From Candidatus Micrarchaeota archaeon (GTDB taxonomy: Archaea > Micrarchaeota > Micrarchaeia > Micrarchaeales > Micrarchaeaceae), in assembly GCA_021806095.1 (NCBI GenBank), contig JAJZYD010000001.1:1-58372 (forward strand): a DNA stretch of 58,372 nucleotides, read 5' to 3'. Shown one piece after another: positions 19,327-29,635 of this stretch. The notes under the pieces were generated by a model that ran no database searches, was not told the DNA's origin, and was given only the letters and a program-made list of their open reading frames with translations. A program made the translations under genes and the position numbers. Numbering within the stretch: the stretch's first letter is position 1; each line of letters starts with the position of its first letter.

Positions 19327-20352
19327 ATGGAAATGGAAAATAAAAATAAAGAGAAATTTGAATTAATCAAAAGAAACACCGCAGAAATTATAAGTGATGA
19401 AGAGCTGCAGTCCCTGCTTGCTTTAAACCAACATCCAAAAGTTTATATAGGTAGAGCCATTACCGGGCCCGTTCATATTGGCCATCTTGCGTCACTCACA
19501 AAGCTTCTTGATTTTCAGAAAGCGGAATTTCAAACAATTATTTTATTAGCTGATATCCATGCAGCGCTCGATGATCTTAAATCAGAATGGGAAGAGCTTG
19601 ACTTAAGGTATAAATATACAAAAAAGGCAATAGAACTTTGCATGGATTGGCCTGAGCTTCCTAAAATGATTAGGGGTTCTGATTTCCAAACAGAGCATAA
19701 TTATATTATGGATTTGTTCAAATTCTCATCACAGCTCACAGTAAACAAAGCTATGCACGCTGCTTCAGAAGTCACAAGGATGAAAAATCCAAAAGTAAGC
19801 GAGCTTATATATCCCATAATGCAGTCCCTCGATGAACAGTATTTAGATGTTGATGTGCAGCTTGGTGGTAGTGATCAGCGTCATATTCAAGTTCTTGCAA
19901 GAGAATATCTTCCTATTATGGGTTATAAAAAGAGGATAGAAGTTATGATGACTTTGATTCCATCTCTTAAAGGTCCTGGAGTAAAAATGAGTTCATCTGT
20001 TGAAGGCTCAATGATTAAGGTAAATGCATCTGAAGAAGAGATAAGGAAATTAATAAAGGATGCATATTGTCCTAATCAAATAATAACAGACAATCCAATA
20101 ATTGAAATAATGGCTTTGTATGTGTTGCCGAACGAAGGCAGCATAATTATAGAAAGAGATAATAAGTTTGGAGGAGATCTTAAAATAGAGTCTGCAAGAC
20201 AGCTTAAGGCGATTTATACAGAAGGCAAACTCCATCCATTAGATCTAAAAAATTATTTAGCAGAATATTTAATTAAAAAAATGAAAAGAGTAAGAGATTA
20301 TTTCGAAAGCAATAAAGACCTTCTTAAGCAGTTAGGCCAGAAATTTGAATAA
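19327..20352 (+). CDS. tyrS: Tyrosine--tRNA ligase (archaeal type)
   Basis: HIGH and KMSSS motifs, 'YPIMQSLD', 'GGSDQR', 'LHPLDLK'. Confidence 0.95.
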   Translation: MEMENKNKEKFELIKRNTAEIISDEELQSLLALNQHPKVYIGRAITGPVHIGHLASLTKLLDFQKAEFQTIILLADIHAALDDLKSEWEELDLRYKYTKKAIELCMDWPELPKMIRGSDFQTEHNYIMDLFKFSSQLTVNKAMHAASEVTRMKNPKVSELIYPIMQSLDEQYLDVDVQLGGSDQRHIQVLAREYLPIMGYKKRIEVMMTLIPSLKGPGVKMSSSVEGSMIKVNASEEEIRKLIKDAYCPNQIITDNPIIEIMALYVLPNEGSIIIERDNKFGGDLKIESARQLKAIYTEGKLHPLDLKNYLAEYLIKKMKRVRDYFESNKDLLKQLGQKFE

Positions 20353-20528
20353 TTTATTTGTTTTTTTCTTTTCTTAATTTATAATATTTTATAATTTGCC
20401 ATTCTACTTTCTATTTTCCTATATCAAGCAAATATAAATAAATATTAAATATAAAAATAATTAAATATAATATTTATGAAGTATTTAATAATATTATAAT
20501 ATTAATAATACAATAATAAAGTGATCTT

Positions 20529-21527
20529 GTGGAGAACATACCAAATATACCGATAGAGCTTAAAGATACAATGTCTAAGCAAGGCTATCATTTTGTTGGA
20601 AATCATTCTGCAGTAAAAATCTGTGAATATACTGCAAATGCTCTTAGAGATGAAGGATTATGCTATAAACATGCATTTTATGGAATAAAAAGCTGGCAGT
20701 GCATCCAATCAACGACTGCACTTGGCTGTGATCTTGCATGCAGATTCTGCTGGAGGTTTATACCAGAAGAGCTTGGCTATGAATGGAATGAGCTCAATGT
20801 ACAGGAATGGGATGATCCAAAAGAGATTGTTGAAGGTATGATCAAAGAACAGAGAAAAATAGTAAGCGGGTTTAAAGCAATAGCAGATACTGATAAAAAG
20901 CTTAAAAGATGGAAAGAAGCAAATGAACCAAGGCACGTTGCAATAAGCCTTACTGGAGAGTCCTTGTTTTATCCAAAAATGAGCGCACTTTTAAATGAAT
21001 TCCACAAAAGAGGCATTAGCACGTTTATAGTCCATAATGGGACTCTGCCCGAAAGCATTGCTAAGCTCAATCCTCTGCCAACACAATTTTATATATCTCT
21101 TCAAGCGCCAGACGAGAATACTTATAATATAGTAACAAGGCCAAAGATACAAAACAGCTGGCAGCGTTTCATCAAGAGTATTAAAATGCTTAAAACTCTT
21201 AAAACAAGAACAGTATTAAGGATGACGCTTGTCAAAGAACTTAATATGTTTAATCCTGAAGGATATGCAAATATAATAAAGATGGGAATGCCAAATTATG
21301 TTGAGGTAAAAGGCTTTTCCTTTGTTGGCAGTTCTCGTGATCCACAAAGAAATTTAACGCTACAAAGTATGCCAAATCATAATGAAATAAAGGAATTTGC
21401 TGATAAATTAGCAGAACTAACTGAATATATTGTAACTGCAGAACATCAGCAAAGTAGAAATGTGTTATTATCAAGAGATGAAGACTCAAAGAAAAACAGA
21501 ATGATAGATTTCTCCAAAGTTAAATAA
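20529..21527 (+). CDS. taw1: 4-demethylwyosine synthase (radical SAM TYW1/Taw1)
   Basis: 'HSAVKIC', 'CYKHAFYGI', CxxxCxxC 'CDLACRFCWR', 'HVAISLTGE'. Confidence 0.95.
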   Translation: MENIPNIPIELKDTMSKQGYHFVGNHSAVKICEYTANALRDEGLCYKHAFYGIKSWQCIQSTTALGCDLACRFCWRFIPEELGYEWNELNVQEWDDPKEIVEGMIKEQRKIVSGFKAIADTDKKLKRWKEANEPRHVAISLTGESLFYPKMSALLNEFHKRGISTFIVHNGTLPESIAKLNPLPTQFYISLQAPDENTYNIVTRPKIQNSWQRFIKSIKMLKTLKTRTVLRMTLVKELNMFNPEGYANIIKMGMPNYVEVKGFSFVGSSRDPQRNLTLQSMPNHNEIKEFADKLAELTEYIVTAEHQQSRNVLLSRDEDSKKNRMIDFSKVK

Positions 21528-21627
21528 TATAGTTTAATAAACTATAAATTATCCTGTTTTATAAAATCTTCGAATTGATTATTTTTAAAGCATTGTCAAT
21601 ATTCTTTTTATAATATATAATATATTC

Positions 21628-21984
21628 TTATTTTATTTTTTTCAGTTTATTTTTGTAAAATATGTGCAATTCATTGCCGCAAGACAAGCATTTTTTAATA
21701 ATATAACCCTTTGAACTTGCAATCCTTATTGATGAGTTGTATCCCGGAATTAAAATATTATTACATTTTCTGCATATATTTTTTTTTATGTCTTTTGGGA
21801 TTTTTACTTTATAATGTGAGCTTATCATCTTCATGTTTTTTATATATTTTTTAGATAATTCAGAATTTTTATAGTGCATCTTTTGCGCTTCGTTGAATAA
21901 TATTTCTATGCGTTCTGCAGCAATCTGTTTGATTATATTTTTGTTTTTATTAAACATTAAATCATTCATTGTGATAAAAAGCAA
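21628..21984 (-). CDS. rnp4: RNase P protein component 4 (Rpp21)
   Basis: 'IAAERIEILF', 'ICRKCNNILIPG', 'CLSCG'. True start may be a few codons downstream. Confidence 0.93.
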   Translation of the reverse strand: MLFITMNDLMFNKNKNIIKQIAAERIEILFNEAQKMHYKNSELSKKYIKNMKMISSHYKVKIPKDIKKNICRKCNNILIPGYNSSIRIASSKGYIIKKCLSCGNELHIFYKNKLKKIK

Positions 21985-22112
21985 TAATTATTATAAAATA
22001 AATAAGCAAAATAAATATTATAAATATCAAGTATAAATATAATTAGCTATATTATATATACATATTAATTAGGTAGTTCCCTTTATTATTTTTAGTAATT
22101 ATAAATTAATAA

Positions 22113-22634
22113 TTAAATCTTATTTATGTGCTTCAGCATTTCATAAATATACTCCCCAACCTTCTTGCTATTTATTGTTATAATATTATCAGAAAATTCT
22201 ATGTTATTTTGTGATGGTATACCATGAAACAATAAAATTAATCTAATAATTTCTTCGTTTTTAGGAACCGCAATCTTCTTATTTTGTATAATATTGGCTC
22301 TTGCTAAGATAGTAGAAGCATTACCTACTGCACATATAACTTTTTTTAGGTTGTTGAATTGCGAGAGTAAATCAAGCAATGGCCTGTATTCATATAATTT
22401 ATATTCATCAATACCCTTGCCATCAACTAATACAATACCCTCATAATCCATTACGTATACTTTATTTGCATTAACATCTTGTTTGTATACAGCACCATGT
22501 GCACCTTCACAATCTCCCTTTGAATAGCTTGCTATTTTATAATCGATACCCCATTTGTTAAAGAAAAGCTTTATATTTGATAATGTTTCATCAGTAAAAT
22601 TCTTGGGTGCTATAAAAACTAAAAATACCATCAC
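22113..22634 (-). CDS. DJ-1/PfpI family protein (atypical active site)
   Basis: 'FIAPKNFTDE', 'YEGIVLVDGKG', 'KVICAVGNASTILARANII..KK', 'DNIIT'. Confidence 0.8.
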   Translation of the reverse strand: MMVFLVFIAPKNFTDETLSNIKLFFNKWGIDYKIASYSKGDCEGAHGAVYKQDVNANKVYVMDYEGIVLVDGKGIDEYKLYEYRPLLDLLSQFNNLKKVICAVGNASTILARANIIQNKKIAVPKNEEIIRLILLFHGIPSQNNIEFSDNIITINSKKVGEYIYEMLKHINKI

Positions 22635-22665
22635 ATATCACTATCTATTTTTATTTTTATTCTTT

Positions 22666-23409
22666 TTAGCTCTCCATATATGGTGCAAGGAAATATGAGA
22701 AGCTTGCATCTCCTATTTTGTAATCAATTTTGATTGGTTCATCTGTTTTAAGTGAAAGTTCAAGTGATGATTCAGATGGGCATCCACTCACAATTCTCTC
22801 GAGATATTCAAGATTAAATGTAGCAGATGAAGATTTTATTATATTTATTTTCTTTATTGCATCAGTACTACCTAAATGTTCTTCTTCAAGTTCACCAACA
22901 TCTCCTTTTGCGGTTACTGCAAATGAATTCTTATCTGCTTTAAACCCTATATAACTTGAAAGTAAGCTTGCATCCTTTAATATTTCCTTAAACATCTCAC
23001 TTTTCATTTCGATTATTGATTCAAATTCAACTTTTGGTGCTTTATCACTTTCTTTTTTTGTGTCTATAAGTGGTAACTTATATCTTCTTTTTCCATTTGG
23101 GCCGATGAATTCTATTGATAGTTTATTATTATTTTCTTTCATAACAAGCTGTTCATCACTTCTCGCACTTGATAAAATCTTCGCAAAATTATCAATATTT
23201 AATCCTATAGTTATATCTTTATCAATATCATATTTCGAAAATGTTTTATTTGGTATTGAAAACATAAGCATACTTATTCCTGAAGGATCCATTGCACTTA
23301 ATGATATATTCTCTTTTGTTATTTTAAAGCTACCTTCGTCTACAAGATTTACTATAGAATCTACACAGCTTTTCCAATATTTTGCATCATCTATCTTTAT
23401 TTCGAACAT
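22666..23409 (-). CDS. pcn: DNA polymerase sliding clamp PCNA
   Basis: 'AMDPS.ISM', 'IGLNID', C-terminal 'YFLAP'; 247 aa. Confidence 0.97.
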   Translation of the reverse strand: MFEIKIDDAKYWKSCVDSIVNLVDEGSFKITKENISLSAMDPSGISMLMFSIPNKTFSKYDIDKDITIGLNIDNFAKILSSARSDEQLVMKENNNKLSIEFIGPNGKRRYKLPLIDTKKESDKAPKVEFESIIEMKSEMFKEILKDASLLSSYIGFKADKNSFAVTAKGDVGELEEEHLGSTDAIKKINIIKSSSATFNLEYLERIVSGCPSESSLELSLKTDEPIKIDYKIGDASFSYFLAPYMES

Positions 23410-23653
23410 AGTATCACTTTATATCTATTTTTTACTGTAATTTTATTAATAATATATGAAACACAAATTATAAATAAGATATAGATTATTTTATTCCTTT
23501 GTATTGTTAGTGCAGTATGTATTTCATTTGCTCTTGTAGAAATACCTTATACATCAATCTATCACCTTTAATTTATTAGCAATAATGGTATTATCAACAA
23601 AGACTAATTAGACACAAGATTTAAATAGTTATTTCGTTCATATATATACTAAT

Positions 23654-23687
23654 TAGTTTAATTTTAAACTAGTTTTAATTTAAACTA
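23654..23687. promoter_or_regulatory. Two overlapping 18-bp palindromes (putative PadR operators)
   Basis: TAGTTTA-ATTT-TAAACTA (23654-23671) and TAGTTTT-AATT-TAAACTA (23670-23687), downstream of a TTTAAATA box at 23620-23627 and upstream of the PadR gene. Confidence 0.6.
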
Positions 23688-23732
23688 TCAAATTAATTAA
23701 TTAGATATGTGCTATTATAACTGAGTGAAAAA

Positions 23733-24116
23733 ATGGCAGGTCATAATGCTAAGAAAATAAACAGTAATATTGAGTGCAAAAGTAAATTATCCTATCTCAA
23801 TAATGAAATGAAGAAAGTTGTATTAAAAATTGTTATACTTAAAATAATCAAGAAGCACAAAATACATCCATATGCAATTATAAAGATACTTTCTAACTTT
23901 CAGCACCTTAACTACTTCATATCTGATAAATCTGAATTAAAAAATGACGTTTATAATATAATATCTACATTGCAGAAAGGAGGTTATATAAAATTAAATA
24001 AAAAACACAAAAAAATGAATTTCTATATGCTTACAAAAAAGGGCGATGATACACTTCTTGAAATAAATAGAAATTTTAAAGAAATCTTTATAAGATTAAA
24101 AAATATAATGAAGTGA
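23733..24116 (+). CDS. PadR-family transcriptional regulator
   Basis: 'ILKII....HPYAIIK', 'VYNIISTLQKGGYI', 'YMLTKKG' wHTH pattern. Confidence 0.82.
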   Translation: MAGHNAKKINSNIECKSKLSYLNNEMKKVVLKIVILKIIKKHKIHPYAIIKILSNFQHLNYFISDKSELKNDVYNIISTLQKGGYIKLNKKHKKMNFYMLTKKGDDTLLEINRNFKEIFIRLKNIMK

Positions 24117-24120
24117 GAAT

Positions 24121-25095
24121 ATGGAAATGTTAGAAATAAAAAACGTTGTTAAAAAATTTGGTGACTTTACTGCAGTTAATAATGTTAGCTTTAATATTAA
24201 AAAAGGTGAGATATTTGGACTTTTAGGTCCAAACGGTGCAGGAAAAACAACAATATTAAATTTAATTTTAGGCGTCCTTGACCAGACAAGTGGCCAAATC
24301 TATGTAAATGGAATGGATAATAGAAAAAAGGGGAAAGAGATAAAGCAAATAATAAGTTTAATGACTCAAGAAACAATTGTAGAATCAGATCTTACTGCAA
24401 AAGAAAATCTTATGTTGTTTGCAAAGTTGTATCATTTAAATAATGATATAATTGAAGAAAGGATAAAAAACGCTCTTAAAGAAGCTGAATTAACTGAATT
24501 TGCAAATAAGCGCGCAGGTACTTTTTCTGGCGGTATGCAGAGAAGACTTGAGCTTGTTAAGACGTTAATACATGAACCTAAATTGATTATACTTGATGAA
24601 CCAACAACAGGTCTTGATATCCAAAATAGAGTAAAGATGTGGGATCATATAAAAAGTCTTGCAAGACTTGGTATAACCGTGCTTCTTACAACACAATATC
24701 TTGAAGAGGCAGATGCCCTTTGTGATAGGATTGCAATAATAGATCATGGTAATATTATTGCGATGGGAACTTCATCAGAATTGAAAGCACTTGCTGGTGG
24801 CTATATACTTGATATAATAGCAAAGGAGCAGTACATAAAACAGATTGCAGAGATTATTAAAAAACATATGAAAGCAGAAGTTAATATTGCAGCGGATAAG
24901 ATAACAGCAAATGTAACTAAAGAACCATTAGAGGTTATAGGTATAATATCAAAAGTGCTTCAAGATTCAAAGATTCCAGTAATGTCATTTGGGGTACACC
25001 TTCCTACAATAGATGATATATTTCTTAAGCTGACTGGGAAACAGACACGGGACACAACTGGGGAGATGAAAACAAAATTTGTTAAGAGGTTTTAG
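24121..25095 (+). CDS. ABC exporter ATP-binding protein (DrrA-like)
   Basis: Walker A 'GPNGAGKTT', signature 'FSGGMQRR', 'ILDEPTTGLD', 'TTQYLEEA'. Confidence 0.95.
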   Translation: MEMLEIKNVVKKFGDFTAVNNVSFNIKKGEIFGLLGPNGAGKTTILNLILGVLDQTSGQIYVNGMDNRKKGKEIKQIISLMTQETIVESDLTAKENLMLFAKLYHLNNDIIEERIKNALKEAELTEFANKRAGTFSGGMQRRLELVKTLIHEPKLIILDEPTTGLDIQNRVKMWDHIKSLARLGITVLLTTQYLEEADALCDRIAIIDHGNIIAMGTSSELKALAGGYILDIIAKEQYIKQIAEIIKKHMKAEVNIAADKITANVTKEPLEVIGIISKVLQDSKIPVMSFGVHLPTIDDIFLKLTGKQTRDTTGEMKTKFVKRF

Positions 25096-25141
25096 ATAGT
25101 AGGATAACAAAAAATTTCATAAAATATATTTAGGGATTATA

Positions 25142-26254
25142 ATGTCACACTTTTGGAAAGATTCAATAGCATTGTATATAAGAGAGATGCAAATATTCAG
25201 AAGTCATCTCCGTACAAATATAATTAGATCAATAATATTTCCTCTTACTTTTATATTACTGCTTGGAAATTTAGGAAGTATGAGTGCTGCGAAGACAAAT
25301 ATTGCTATCGTTAATTATGCGCAAAATCCTCTTTCCTATCAATTTATTAGTGATGTTACTGCATCTCATTCATTAAATATTGTAGCTCAAACAAATCAAT
25401 ATGAAGCATTGAAAATGTTGAGCAACGGCAATGCAACCTTAGTGATGGTTGTACTACCTTCATTTCCTTATGGAAGTCCGAGTATCTATATTTATTATGA
25501 TAATAATCCTATTGAATTAGGCTCATCTCTGCAAGTTATTCAATCATTGACACAACAGTTTGGTGCAACTGCATCTGCAGTAAGCAGTTCTTCAAGCACT
25601 GGCACTACAAGCATATTCATCAATCCAACATACGCAACAAGTGCGAGTTACAAAACATTCCTTATAGGAGGAATTATTGTAATGGTTGCAGTTTTTGGTA
25701 CATTATTTGGTGGTGGATTATCATTAATAAGTGATAAGCAGCTTGGTAATCTTAAATCATTTCTTATAACACCTATTGATAGAAAGTCAATAATAATGAG
25801 CAAAATTTTTTATAGTATAACATTAGCAATGCTAAATGCAACTATTGCGCTAATTATAGGCGTTCTTGATGGCGGTGGTATAGCTATGGGATTATTTGGC
25901 TTAGTATGGATTTATGGTTTAGTTCTATTTGTAGCGATTGGATTTAGTGGATTAACACTTCTCTTAGCGTCAAGAATAGATAAACAGGAAGTATATACAA
26001 TAGTATCAAATGCGCTTATTATGCCATTATGGTTTATATCAGGAGCTTTTTTTCCAACAAGTGCTCTTCCATCATGGCTTTATCCTATTAGTGTAATAAA
26101 TCCACTGACTTATGCGACAAATGGTATGCGTTATGTTATGATGAATGGTTATTATCCATTAAATTTAGTTATATTTGATTTTAGTATATTAATTGTATTT
26201 GCAATAATAATGGTTGTGCTCGCAATTAACTCCCTAAAAAGGACAATTGCATAA
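25142..26254 (+). CDS. ABC-2 type permease
   Basis: Six TM segments, 'SGAFFP...LPSWL..IS.INPLTY'. Confidence 0.93.
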   Translation: MSHFWKDSIALYIREMQIFRSHLRTNIIRSIIFPLTFILLLGNLGSMSAAKTNIAIVNYAQNPLSYQFISDVTASHSLNIVAQTNQYEALKMLSNGNATLVMVVLPSFPYGSPSIYIYYDNNPIELGSSLQVIQSLTQQFGATASAVSSSSSTGTTSIFINPTYATSASYKTFLIGGIIVMVAVFGTLFGGGLSLISDKQLGNLKSFLITPIDRKSIIMSKIFYSITLAMLNATIALIIGVLDGGGIAMGLFGLVWIYGLVLFVAIGFSGLTLLLASRIDKQEVYTIVSNALIMPLWFISGAFFPTSALPSWLYPISVINPLTYATNGMRYVMMNGYYPLNLVIFDFSILIVFAIIMVVLAINSLKRTIA

Positions 26255-26296
26255 TTATAAATTATATTAATATTATAAAAAATAAAAGTGGTATAA

Positions 26297-27958
26297 ATGC
26301 AGATAAAATATTTTTTGGAAAATAAAGTAATAATTTTTGTTCTGTTAGGTGTCCTATTGCTAATGCCTAATGCAATAAATGCACAAACAGCACTTCAATC
26401 ACCAAATGGTGCACTGTCGATAATTAATTTAAATACAACACCACAAACAATAGTTGCAGGAGAAAATGTTGTTTTAACTTTTCAACTCTTCAATTCTTAT
26501 TCTGCGGCATTGCAAAGCGTAAATTTGCAGCTTCAAGCATCAAATCCGATAATAAAAGTGTCTCCATCAAGTACATCTCTTATTGACACAATAGGAAGCG
26601 GGCAATATGGCGGATTAGGTTATGACTTCTTTACATATGTACTTCATATCCCATCAACACTTTCATCAGGTGAATACACAATAGATGTTGTTGCTAATTA
26701 TGAGGCGCCGACTTCTACATCAGCCCAATATAGCCAAACTGTCCCAGCAGAATCCATAATGCCTATTAATTTTTATGTTTATGGAAAACCACATATTCAA
26801 TTAACAGTATCACCAGAACAACCTATCCAACCTGGAACTTTATCAAGCGTATATCTAGATCTCACAAATACAGGGACTGCACCAATATATAATATAACAT
26901 TGCAGATCAACAATTCAAAATATTTTGAGATACCAATTCAGAATGAATTTATGATAGGTGTATTGCAAGCAGGTCAAACAATCCAACTACCTACAGAATT
27001 GCTGCCTATTCAAACAATTTCAAATGGAACATACAGCTTAAATGGAAATATAATTTATACAAGCGAAGAAGGAAATATTACAAATACACCAATATCTGGG
27101 CAGGTTTCTATTATAATAAACAAACCAAATATTGTTGTTGATGCAAATTCAGGAGTTCCACAAAATCTTTATCCTGGAGCAAATCAAACTATAAGCTTAC
27201 TAATACAAAATATAGGAATGGGTGAAGCAAAGAATGTTACTATATCATTTGAAAATACAAATGTGATAAGTGTTGGAAGTATATCAAGTTTCTTTATACC
27301 GTCTCTTCCTCCATCTTCATCTGTTCCAGAAGAGTTATTTGTAACTGCAAATAAAAATGCTTCATTAAGTAAATACAATCTTCCAGAAAATATAAGTTAT
27401 TTATATTCAAATTATCAGAATAAAACAAGTATTGAGGAAAATTTACCTATATACATTTCTCCAAGCGCTGTTATTAGTATAGAAAAAGTATATAGCAATT
27501 TAAACATCGGTGCATCATATACACCTATAACTTTTGAAATTAAAAATATAGGGGATGAAAAAGCTCAAGGAATGTCTATAACACTTCAAAGTACTTATCC
27601 AATAACACCAATAAATTCAAATCAATATATCAATAATCTTCTTCCAGGACAATCTACAAACATAACATTTTATGTAAGTGTTGATACTTCTGGTAATATT
27701 GGAAATTACCCTATAACACTCTATTCACAATGGTCTCAGCCAAACGGAAATCTTAAACAGGAATATTATAGTACAAACAATTATTATGCAACTGTAGAAG
27801 GAAGCAGTAGTTCAAGTAAAGGATCAAACGTTGGAGGAATCGGACTGATTATAGTAGTTGCAGTAATAATAGCAGCATATTATATGTATGAAAGAGTGCA
27901 AAAGAACAAAAAGATGCAAAAATCAAAGAATAAAACAAAAGAGGTTCAAAAGGAGTAA
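26297..27958 (+). CDS. COG1361-like S-layer/CARDB-repeat membrane-anchored protein
   Basis: Signal peptide, repeated 'I.N.G...A.N' Ig-like modules, C-terminal TM followed by a Lys-rich tail. Confidence 0.8.
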   Translation: MQIKYFLENKVIIFVLLGVLLLMPNAINAQTALQSPNGALSIINLNTTPQTIVAGENVVLTFQLFNSYSAALQSVNLQLQASNPIIKVSPSSTSLIDTIGSGQYGGLGYDFFTYVLHIPSTLSSGEYTIDVVANYEAPTSTSAQYSQTVPAESIMPINFYVYGKPHIQLTVSPEQPIQPGTLSSVYLDLTNTGTAPIYNITLQINNSKYFEIPIQNEFMIGVLQAGQTIQLPTELLPIQTISNGTYSLNGNIIYTSEEGNITNTPISGQVSIIINKPNIVVDANSGVPQNLYPGANQTISLLIQNIGMGEAKNVTISFENTNVISVGSISSFFIPSLPPSSSVPEELFVTANKNASLSKYNLPENISYLYSNYQNKTSIEENLPIYISPSAVISIEKVYSNLNIGASYTPITFEIKNIGDEKAQGMSITLQSTYPITPINSNQYINNLLPGQSTNITFYVSVDTSGNIGNYPITLYSQWSQPNGNLKQEYYSTNNYYATVEGSSSSSKGSNVGGIGLIIVVAVIIAAYYMYERVQKNKKMQKSKNKTKEVQKE

Positions 27959-28186
27959 AAAATATAGAATAAAGAATATAATATATAATAAATATACACC
28001 AACATACTTTGGTATTTTTTATTTTTTTCTATTATTGTTTTGTTATATTTTATTATTGTTGTTTTCTTTTTCTTTTTTTTAAGTTAATTTAAATAATTTG
28101 CCGATAAAGAATAAAAAAGTTTATTATATTTATGTATAATAAATAATTGTAATATTAGTTTAAAAAGTAAGAAGGTTTGATGATTT

Positions 28187-28861
28187 ATGGATATGTTAAA
28201 GTGCAGGGTAGTTGGTGGTAGTTTTATAGGTGCTTATGTAGTCCCAACAGACAAATATGCTTTCATGAGTAGTGCAATTGAAAGCAGCAAGGTTGAACTA
28301 ATAAGCAAAACAATGCATGTTAATCCAATAATCCTAAATCTTTATGATACATCGCTTATAGGTATTTTAGCAAGAGCCAACAGTAATGGTATAATTCTGT
28401 CAAATTTGTTTGAAGAGGATGAAGTAGTACAACAAAAAAATCAAAATATTGATATGCATATAGAAATAATAAAATCAAATCTTAATGCAATAGGCAACAA
28501 TGTGCTTGTAAATGATAAGGTTGCAATAGTAAACCCTGAATATAGCAATGAGGCAGTAAAGCAGATGGAAGATGTTTTAGATGTTGAAGTTATAAGAGAA
28601 CAAATAGGAATGTTTAAAACAGTTGGCGCGAATAATGTGATTACAAACAAAGGAATGCTGATAAACAATGAAACGAGCGATGAACAGAAAGAACGCATAG
28701 ATAAATTAACAGGTTTTGAATCTGTAAGGACTACCGCAAATGTTGGGTTTTTAGGTATAGGGCTTTCGATAGCAGCAAATTCATACGGTGTTGTAATTGG
28801 GGAAGATACAACAGGTTTTGAGCTTGGTAGAATAATGGAAGCTTTAGAAAAAGATAACTAA
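28187..28861 (+). CDS. eif6: Translation initiation factor 6
   Basis: 'LIGILARANSNG', 'AIGNNVLVND', 'TANVG', 'TTGFELGRI.EAL'. Confidence 0.96.
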   Translation: MDMLKCRVVGGSFIGAYVVPTDKYAFMSSAIESSKVELISKTMHVNPIILNLYDTSLIGILARANSNGIILSNLFEEDEVVQQKNQNIDMHIEIIKSNLNAIGNNVLVNDKVAIVNPEYSNEAVKQMEDVLDVEVIREQIGMFKTVGANNVITNKGMLINNETSDEQKERIDKLTGFESVRTTANVGFLGIGLSIAANSYGVVIGEDTTGFELGRIMEALEKDN

Positions 28862-28974
28862 TAAATATAATGATATCAAATAAAACAAAAAATAAAGTAA
28901 TAACAGTAAGGGATAATAATAAGAAATAATATAAAAATAATAAAAATAATTTTTAAAATAAATAAGGTGTTGAT

Positions 28975-29148
28975 ATGAAATATGTATTAAGAGGTATATT
29001 AGGAAAAGCTAATAAAAGAACTTTTGAAATTGTTGTAGATGCAAAAAGTGAGAAACATGCTGCTGCATTAGCAGTCACAAAACTTGGAAGCAAGTCAAAA
29101 ATCAAAAAATATGAGATAGAAATAAAAGAAATAAAAAAGCAAGCTTAA
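28975..29148 (+). CDS. rplX: 50S ribosomal protein LX / L18Ae (57 aa; absent from the ORF track)
   Basis: ATG after AAGGTG; MKYVLRGILGKANKRTFEIVVDAKSEKHAAALAVTKLGSKSKIKKYEIEIKEIKKQA; canonical eif6-rplX-pfdA-ftsY position. Confidence 0.9.
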   Translation: MKYVLRGILGKANKRTFEIVVDAKSEKHAAALAVTKLGSKSKIKKYEIEIKEIKKQA

Positions 29149-29176
29149 AAATAAAAAAGAAAATAAAGATGATAAT

Positions 29177-29626
29177 ATGGAAGATGTTAATGCTTATAAA
29201 AATATGAGTAAAGCAGATAAAGATAAAATGATTGCAGAATTTAAATATATGCAGGAGCTATATAGCAATGAATATAGGTCAATAATAAATAGGATTAATG
29301 ACAATACAGAGCATTTAAATATGCTTTACACAGCCCAGGAATCAATTGAGAATGCAGACATAATAAAAGACAAGGAAATATTATCATTTGTTGGAGAAAG
29401 TATATTTATACCATCAAAAATAATAAACAACGATAAATTTATTGTCGGAGTTGGTAGTGCTTTTTTCGTTGAGGTTGATGCTGAAAATACTAAAAGAATC
29501 ATAAGTAAATATATAAATAAAGCAAATAATGAGCTGAAGAAATTAAATAATAACAAGAAAGAAATAGAAGCAGCATTATTTGATATGTCATTTCAGATGA
29601 ATAAATTAAATGTATTAACCTCTTAA
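29177..29626 (+). CDS. pfdA: Prefoldin alpha subunit
   Basis: Coiled coils flanking 'ILSFVGESIFI...KFIVGVGSAFFVE'; operon context. Confidence 0.92.
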   Translation: MEDVNAYKNMSKADKDKMIAEFKYMQELYSNEYRSIINRINDNTEHLNMLYTAQESIENADIIKDKEILSFVGESIFIPSKIINNDKFIVGVGSAFFVEVDAENTKRIISKYINKANNELKKLNNNKKEIEAALFDMSFQMNKLNVLTS

Positions 29627-29635
29627 GGTTTTAGT

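Noticed and set aside
20529..21527. Second radical SAM gene as a possible RiPP enzyme
   Set aside because: Motifs identify it as tRNA wyosine synthase Taw1; it has no SPASM domain or adjacent peptide.
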